A DNA stretch of 32,000 bases. Source: Paracoccus suum. GTDB taxonomy: Bacteria; Pseudomonadota; Alphaproteobacteria; Rhodobacterales; Rhodobacteraceae. Each line of letters begins with the position of its first letter. The stretch's first letter is position 1. The stretch is taken from positions 3,030,001 through 3,062,000 of the forward strand of contig NZ_CP030918.1 in the NCBI RefSeq assembly GCF_003324675.1, read 5' to 3'. The notes under the pieces were generated by a model. It worked only from the letters and a program-made list of their open reading frames with translations. It was not told the origin of the DNA and did not search any database. Of this stretch, positions 27,255 through 32,000 are shown in pieces. The position numbers and the translations under genes are program-made.

Positions 27255-28690
27255 GCCGGGAGGCTGGCCCGCGCAGCCGTATTGCAGCCACAGCCACTTT
27301 CCCCCTCGGCCTTGGCGAGCTCGTCGGCGACGCAGCACGCGGCGGCATTCGCCTTGGGCGGGCCGCCGCAGCAGGTCGCCTCCTTCGCCGGCGCTTTCGG
27401 AGGTGCGCAGCAAGCATCCGCCGTTGCGTCGATTGTGGACCTGGTCCTGCAAACGCCCGTCTCGGGAAGCTTCAGGTGCACCTGCCGAGCAGCGACGGCG
27501 TCGCCGGCCAGTTCGGCGACGACCGAGCGAACCTGCTCATACCCTGTGGTCATCAGGAAGGTCGGGGCGCGGCCGTAGCTCTTCATCCCGACGATGTAGA
27601 AGTCGCGCTCGGGATGTGCGAGTTCGACCACCTCGTGAGGCCGGACGGTTCCGCAGGAGTGGAGGTTAGGGTCGATCAGCGGCGCCAGCGCCGGCGTAGC
27701 TTCGACCGACGGGTCGAGCGACAGGCGCAACTCGGACAGCGGCGTCAGATCGGGGCGGAAGCCAGTGGCGACAACGATGCGGTCCACCGTCAGTTCTGCC
27801 GGACGCCCGTCCTCTGTGCCGAGGACCCGCAGGGCCTCGCCTTCGGCCGCAATCCGCTCGACGGAGAAAGGCGAATGGAAGCTGACCCGTCGCGACTGCA
27901 CTGCCTCGGCCGCCCGCAGTCCGAGCCTGCCGCGGCCGGGAAGCTGGTCGTTGAGGCCGCCGCCTAGCACGCGCTCGATGCCGCCCGAGCGCGTGGCCCA
28001 GGTGATCCGCGTGCCCGGCTCCTGCTCCTGCAGATCCATCAGGTCGAGGGCGGCGTTGATCGCCGAATGGCCCGCGCCGATCACGAGCGTATGCCTGCCG
28101 GCATAGTCCTCGCGCGTTGCGCCGAGTACGTCGGGAATGCCGTAGTGGATGCGGTCGCGGTTCTCGATCTCCCCCTCGACGGGCAGCCCGTCAAGTCCGA
28201 TCGGATTCGGCTTCACCCACGTGCCGGAGGCGTCGATGACCGCCCTTGCCAGCGCACGGCGCCGCTCTCCCGCAGCATCCCGCCAGAGAACGACGAAGGG
28301 CGCCGCGTCGCGGCCCTCGCCCGAAAGCTTCGAATGCCCTTTCCGGGTGACCGCCAGAACCTCGGCGTCAAGCCGCAGGTTCGGGGCGATCGCCGGATGT
28401 GCGGCGAGTGGAGCGAGATAGTCGCGGATCAGCTCCGCGCCAGTCGGCATGTAATCGGGTACTGGCGCGATCCAGTCGTTCTCTTCGAGCAACACGCGCG
28501 CCTCTGCGTCGACGTTGTATTCCCAAGGCGAAAACACGCGGACATGCGCCCACTGGGCCACCGTCGCGCCAGCCGAGGTGCCTCGTTCGAAGATCAGAGG
28601 CTGGAGCCCGCGCCGAAGCAGATGGGCGGCTGCCGCGAGCCCCACAGGACCTGCGCCGATCACGGCCACTGGAAGTTCGGAAATCAGCAT
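27251..28690 (-). CDS. FAD/NAD(P)-binding flavoprotein oxidoreductase with Cys-rich C-terminal tail (ArsV/ArsO-like candidate)
   Basis: 479 aa. Two dinucleotide-binding motifs (VAVIGAGPVGLAAA; TLVIGAGHSAINAA). GAGGTGG RBS. C-terminal ~60 aa contain CC, CC, CC and CGC. Lies between arsR and the MFS gene. Confidence 0.7.
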   Translation of the reverse strand: MLISELPVAVIGAGPVGLAAAAHLLRRGLQPLIFERGTSAGATVAQWAHVRVFSPWEYNVDAEARVLLEENDWIAPVPDYMPTGAELIRDYLAPLAAHPAIAPNLRLDAEVLAVTRKGHSKLSGEGRDAAPFVVLWRDAAGERRRALARAVIDASGTWVKPNPIGLDGLPVEGEIENRDRIHYGIPDVLGATREDYAGRHTLVIGAGHSAINAALDLMDLQEQEPGTRITWATRSGGIERVLGGGLNDQLPGRGRLGLRAAEAVQSRRVSFHSPFSVERIAAEGEALRVLGTEDGRPAELTVDRIVVATGFRPDLTPLSELRLSLDPSVEATPALAPLIDPNLHSCGTVRPHEVVELAHPERDFYIVGMKSYGRAPTFLMTTGYEQVRSVVAELAGDAVAARQVHLKLPETGVCRTRSTIDATADACCAPPKAPAKEATCCGGPPKANAAACCVADELAKAEGESGCGCNTAARASLPA

Positions 28691-28746
28691 ATCGCCACCT
28701 CATTCCATTGTTCTAGATTCGTGGGAGGGCAAGGCAAAAAGAGAGA

Positions 28747-29079
28747 TCACCCCGCCACCTTCTCGGGCGCGCGATCCGAAGACGGTCCACACGTTTCATC
28801 GGCGCAGCATTCGTCGGCCAGAAACCCCAGCAGCGCGCTCATGGCCGGATACTCGGCGTGGCAGATGAGGCTGTTGCCCGCCCTATCCTGTCGCACAAGT
28901 CCACGGTCGATCAATCGCTTCAGATGGTGCGACAGCGTCGAGGCGGGCAGTCCGACCTGTTCCTGAACCTGACCGACCGCCAGACCGGCTCGCCCGGCAC
29001 GCACCAGCGTCCGGTAGATCTGCAGGCGGTTCGGATTGCCGAGCGCCTCGAGCTGATGAGCTGCTGTTTCGAGTTCCAT
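28747..29079 (-). CDS. arsR: ArsR/SmtB-family repressor with C-terminal cysteine cluster
   Basis: 110 aa. wHTH region NRLQIYRTL...LPASTLSHHLKRLIDRGLV. It lacks the CVC motif in the DNA-binding region and instead carries DECCADETC near the C-terminus, as in the C-terminal As(III)-site class of ArsR. Confidence 0.88.
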   Translation of the reverse strand: MELETAAHQLEALGNPNRLQIYRTLVRAGRAGLAVGQVQEQVGLPASTLSHHLKRLIDRGLVRQDRAGNSLICHAEYPAMSALLGFLADECCADETCGPSSDRAPEKVAG

Positions 29080-29085
29080 GGAAAT

Positions 29086-29117
29086 AGATTGACGCCGAAC
29101 AGCCTTCCTGTCAATCT
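29086..29117. promoter_or_regulatory. Perfect 8-bp inverted repeat AGATTGAC-N16-GTCAATCT at the acr3/arsR junction
   Basis: Read directly from the sequence. The right arm contains the acr3 stop codon (29111-29113). On the minus strand it supplies a perfect TTGACA (29114-29109). The left arm ends 6 nt before the arsR ATG. Candidate ArsR operator/promoter. Confidence 0.4.
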
Positions 29118-30169
29118 AATTCCACAATTCTCGAACTGGAATGCACGACGTCTTCTTCGGACTGCGGGAAGCGCTTGCGGGTGCGGTTCGCAAACGCGAC
29201 CAGCGTCAGCATCACCGGCACCTCGACCAGCACCCCCACCACCGTGGCAAGCGCCGCGCCCGAGCCCAGGCCGAAGAGGCTGATCGCCACCGCGACCGCG
29301 AGTTCGAAGAAGTTGGAGGTGCCGATCATGGCGCAGGGTGCGGCGATCCGGTGTGGGACCTTCATCGTCCAGGCGGCGGCATAGGCCAGCGCGAAGATGC
29401 CATAGCTCTGGATCAGGATCGGCACCGCGATCATGGCGATCACCACGGGGTTCGCGAGGATCTTCTCTCCCTGCAGGCCGAAGAGGATCACCACGGTCGT
29501 GATCAGGCCCATCATCGACCACGGCTTGATCCGGGCCGAGAACGCGTCGATCGCCTCGGGCGAGCCAAGCCGGCGCCGGGTCAGCAGGCCCGCGATCAAC
29601 GGCAGGACGATGTAGAGCACCGTCGCCAGCACCAGCGTTTCCCAAGGCACGGCGATATCGGTCACGCCGAGAAGAAAGGCCACGAGCGGCGCGTAGGCGA
29701 CCACCATGACGAGATCGTTGACCGAGACCTGCACCAGCGTGTAGGTCGCGTCGCCGCGGGTCAGCTGAGACCATACGAAGACCATCGCCGTGCAGGGCGC
29801 AGCACCAAGCAGGATCAGCCCGGCGGTATACTGAGCGGCATCCTCCGGCTCGATCCAGGGCGCGAACACGTAATCGAAGAACAGAACCGCCAGAAACGCC
29901 ATAGTGAACGGCTTGATCAGCCAGTTCACCGCCAGCGTGATCAAAAGGCCCTTCGGCTGGCGGGCGACGCCAGCAACAGCCTGAAGGTCGACGCCGACCA
30001 TCATCGGATAGACCATGGCCCAGATCAGCACCGCCACCACCAGATTGACGCTGGCCACTTCTGCTGCTGCCACGGCCTCGACGAGCCCGGGCGCCGTGGC
30101 CCCGATTCCGATACCCAAGGCGATCGCAAGTGCAATCCAGAGGGTGAGATAACGTTCGAAGACACTCAT
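29111..30169 (-). CDS. acr3: Acr3-family arsenite efflux permease
   Basis: Start at ATG 30169 ([19 protein letters not shown]), overlapping the arsJ stop as ATGA. 352 aa. Conserved [11 protein letters not shown] and [11 protein letters not shown]. Confidence 0.92.
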   Translation of the reverse strand: MSVFERYLTLWIALAIALGIGIGATAPGLVEAVAAAEVASVNLVVAVLIWAMVYPMMVGVDLQAVAGVARQPKGLLITLAVNWLIKPFTMAFLAVLFFDYVFAPWIEPEDAAQYTAGLILLGAAPCTAMVFVWSQLTRGDATYTLVQVSVNDLVMVVAYAPLVAFLLGVTDIAVPWETLVLATVLYIVLPLIAGLLTRRRLGSPEAIDAFSARIKPWSMMGLITTVVILFGLQGEKILANPVVIAMIAVPILIQSYGIFALAYAAAWTMKVPHRIAAPCAMIGTSNFFELAVAVAISLFGLGSGAALATVVGVLVEVPVMLTLVAFANRTRKRFPQSEEDVVHSSSRIVELD

Positions 30170-31443
30170 GCCAGGCTCTCCTGCGGGCGGTCCGGGCTGA
30201 GGCGGCCGACAGCGAGCGCAGACGCCGCCACCATCGCCGCCGCCGTTCCCAGCATCAGCACCAGCCCGCCGATCTGATAGGTCAGGCCCGAAAGCAGCGT
30301 GCCGAGGAGGCGCCCGCCCGCATTGGCCATGTAGTAGAAACCCACATCCATCGTCACCCGTTCGGCCTTGGTAAAGGCGAGGATCAGATAGGAATGCAGG
30401 GATGAGTTCACCGCGAAGACCGCGCCGAAGACCAGCAGCCCCAGGACCAGCGTTGCCGTCAGCCATGGCTGCGGCCCGGGCGAGATCAGGGCGGCGGCGG
30501 TCAACCCGGCCGGAATGGCGGCCAGCGACCACGCCCAGCCACGCGCCGCGTCGATCAAATCGCCGTCGGATCTTTGCGCCGCACGCAGGAGCCGGGGTGC
30601 TGCCGCCTGCACCGCTCCATAAAGGATGGTCCAGACCGCCATGAAGCTACCGATCATGAAGAAGGCGGCCCGGTTGCCCTCGACGGTGCCGTCCGACAGC
30701 ACAGCGTAGAAATAGATCGGAATGCCGACGACGAACCAAACGTCGCGTGCACCGAACAGAAATACCCGCGCTACCGACAGCCAGTTCACGTTCGCGGACT
30801 TCGAAAAGACCTCGGAGAACTTCGTTCCTTTGCGTCCCTTGGGCAGTCCTTGCGGCATGGCGATCAGGACGGCTAGCAGAATGACCGCAAGCACCGCTGC
30901 CATCGCAAGGACCGCCGGGACAAAGCCCAGCGTGGCGAGCAGCACCGCACCCAGCAGGAAGCCCAGCCCCTTCACCGCGTTCTTCGATCCGGTCAGCAGC
31001 GCGACCCAGCGGAAGAGCCCGCCATTTTCCCGTGGCGCCAGCAGCTTCACGGCAGATTTTGAGGACATCTTGGCCAGATCCTTTGCTACGCCGCTCCCGC
31101 CCTGCACGATCATGACATAGGCGACCGAGAACCCGATGGCCCAGCCGGGATCCAGTTGCGCCAGCGCCACCAGCGCGATGACCTGCAAGCCCAGTCCAGC
31201 ATAAAGGGTCGAGGTCAGCCCGAACCGAGCCGCGATCCATCCAGCCGACAGGTTCGTGACCATGCCCGCGATTTCGTAAAGGATGAACAGATAGGCCAGC
31301 TGCACCGGGCTGAACCCCAGCCTGTGGAAATGCAGCAGGACCAGCATCCGCAGGGCGCCGTCGGTCAGCATGAAGGCCCAATATGCGGCAGTGACTGCAA
31401 TATAGGCTGACAGGCCCTCCGGGCGCGGTCGGGCAACGGTCAC
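30166..31443 (-). CDS. arsJ: ArsJ-type MFS transporter (1-arseno-3-phosphoglycerate efflux)
   Basis: 425 aa. N-terminal [45 protein letters not shown] matches the ArsJ pattern. GTG start overlaps the GAPDH stop (GTGA). Paired with a GAPDH gene, as in the described gapdh-arsJ unit. Confidence 0.8.
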   Translation of the reverse strand: MTVARPRPEGLSAYIAVTAAYWAFMLTDGALRMLVLLHFHRLGFSPVQLAYLFILYEIAGMVTNLSAGWIAARFGLTSTLYAGLGLQVIALVALAQLDPGWAIGFSVAYVMIVQGGSGVAKDLAKMSSKSAVKLLAPRENGGLFRWVALLTGSKNAVKGLGFLLGAVLLATLGFVPAVLAMAAVLAVILLAVLIAMPQGLPKGRKGTKFSEVFSKSANVNWLSVARVFLFGARDVWFVVGIPIYFYAVLSDGTVEGNRAAFFMIGSFMAVWTILYGAVQAAAPRLLRAAQRSDGDLIDAARGWAWSLAAIPAGLTAAALISPGPQPWLTATLVLGLLVFGAVFAVNSSLHSYLILAFTKAERVTMDVGFYYMANAGGRLLGTLLSGLTYQIGGLVLMLGTAAAMVAASALAVGRLSPDRPQESLA

Positions 31444-32000
31444 AGCGAGGCCCCGACCATCAGCGCCACGTCCACCAGACGGTGCGCGTAGCCCATCTCG
31501 TTGTCGTACCAGGCGTAGATCTTCACCTGGGTGCCATTCACGACCATGGTCGAGGGCGCGTCAATGATGCCCGATCGTGTGTCGTTGGTGTAATCGGCGG
31601 AGACAAGCGGGCGCTCTTCATAGCCGAGGATGCCCTTGAGCGGACCTCTCGCGGCGGCCTTGAACAGTTCGTTGACCTCCTCCGGCGTCGTCGGTCGCTC
31701 CACCTCGAACACGCAATCGGTGATCGAGGCGTTCAGCAGGGGCACGCGGATGGCATGGCCGTTCAGTCTGCCCTTCAGTTCCGGATAGATCAGCGTGATC
31801 GCGGTGGCGCTCCCCGTGGTGGTCGGGATCAGCGAATTGAGCGCCGAACGCGCTCGTCGCAGATCCTTGGCGGGGCGGTCCACGATGGTCTGCGTATTGG
31901 TCACGTCATGGATCGTGGTGATCGATCCATGCCGGATGCCGATGGCTTCGTGGATCACCTTCACGACCGGGGCGAGGCAGTTGGTCGTGCAGCTTGCCGC
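31440..32000 (-). CDS. gap: Glyceraldehyde-3-phosphate dehydrogenase, ars-associated; partial (5' end beyond window)
   Basis: The window edge encodes [16 protein letters not shown] (catalytic Cys motif) continuing into [10 protein letters not shown]...TGSATA...WYDNEMGY. The ORF-track Met at 31964 is internal. Confidence 0.9.
   Translation of the reverse strand, partial: AASCTTNCLAPVVKVIHEAIGIRHGSITTIHDVTNTQTIVDRPAKDLRRARSALNSLIPTTTGSATAITLIYPELKGRLNGHAIRVPLLNASITDCVFEVERPTTPEEVNELFKAAARGPLKGILGYEERPLVSADYTNDTRSGIIDAPSTMVVNGTQVKIYAWYDNEMGYAHRLVDVALMVGASL

Noticed and set aside
1-32000. CRISPR arrays, rRNA/tRNA genes, IS transposases, integron or retron signatures.
   Set aside because: No regularly spaced repeats, no cloverleaf-compatible segments, and no DDE or other transposase-like translations in any frame. 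No reverse-transcriptase motifs were seen.

Overview
High-GC, alphaproteobacterial-looking chromosome segment (organism not determinable from sequence) with three parts. (1) 1-10.5 kb is ordinary core: a threonine aldolase gene, a complete minus-strand kdpFABCDE K+ uptake locus with an extra 28-codon hydrophobic ORF and TTTACGC direct repeats upstream, and a two-domain VOC/glyoxalase-like gene. (2) About 11.1-20.5 kb is the remnant of one or more integrated mobile elements: DUF3489, a DUF429-like gene, a phage-type Dcm plus ParB-methyltransferase module, an unrecognised ~410-codon gene, a small-ORF/DUF2924/large serine recombinase cassette, and a DUF3883 gene. At least five of these genes are pseudogenes carrying many frameshifts and in-frame stops. 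The roughly 20 kb of flanking genes show none, apart from one DsbB-like remnant. (3) 20.9-32 kb is a metal(loid) resistance island. It holds a CadR/PbrR-like MerR regulator with ynfA and a short CDF transporter, then a divergent P1B-2 (Zn/Cd/Pb) ATPase, an ICMT-family methyltransferase and lspA. It also holds arsR, a flavoprotein with a vicinal-cysteine tail and an MFS transporter, followed by acr3, arsJ and a partial GAPDH gene. No rRNA, tRNA, CRISPR array or transposase was seen. All family calls rest on motif recognition by eye; no database search was possible.
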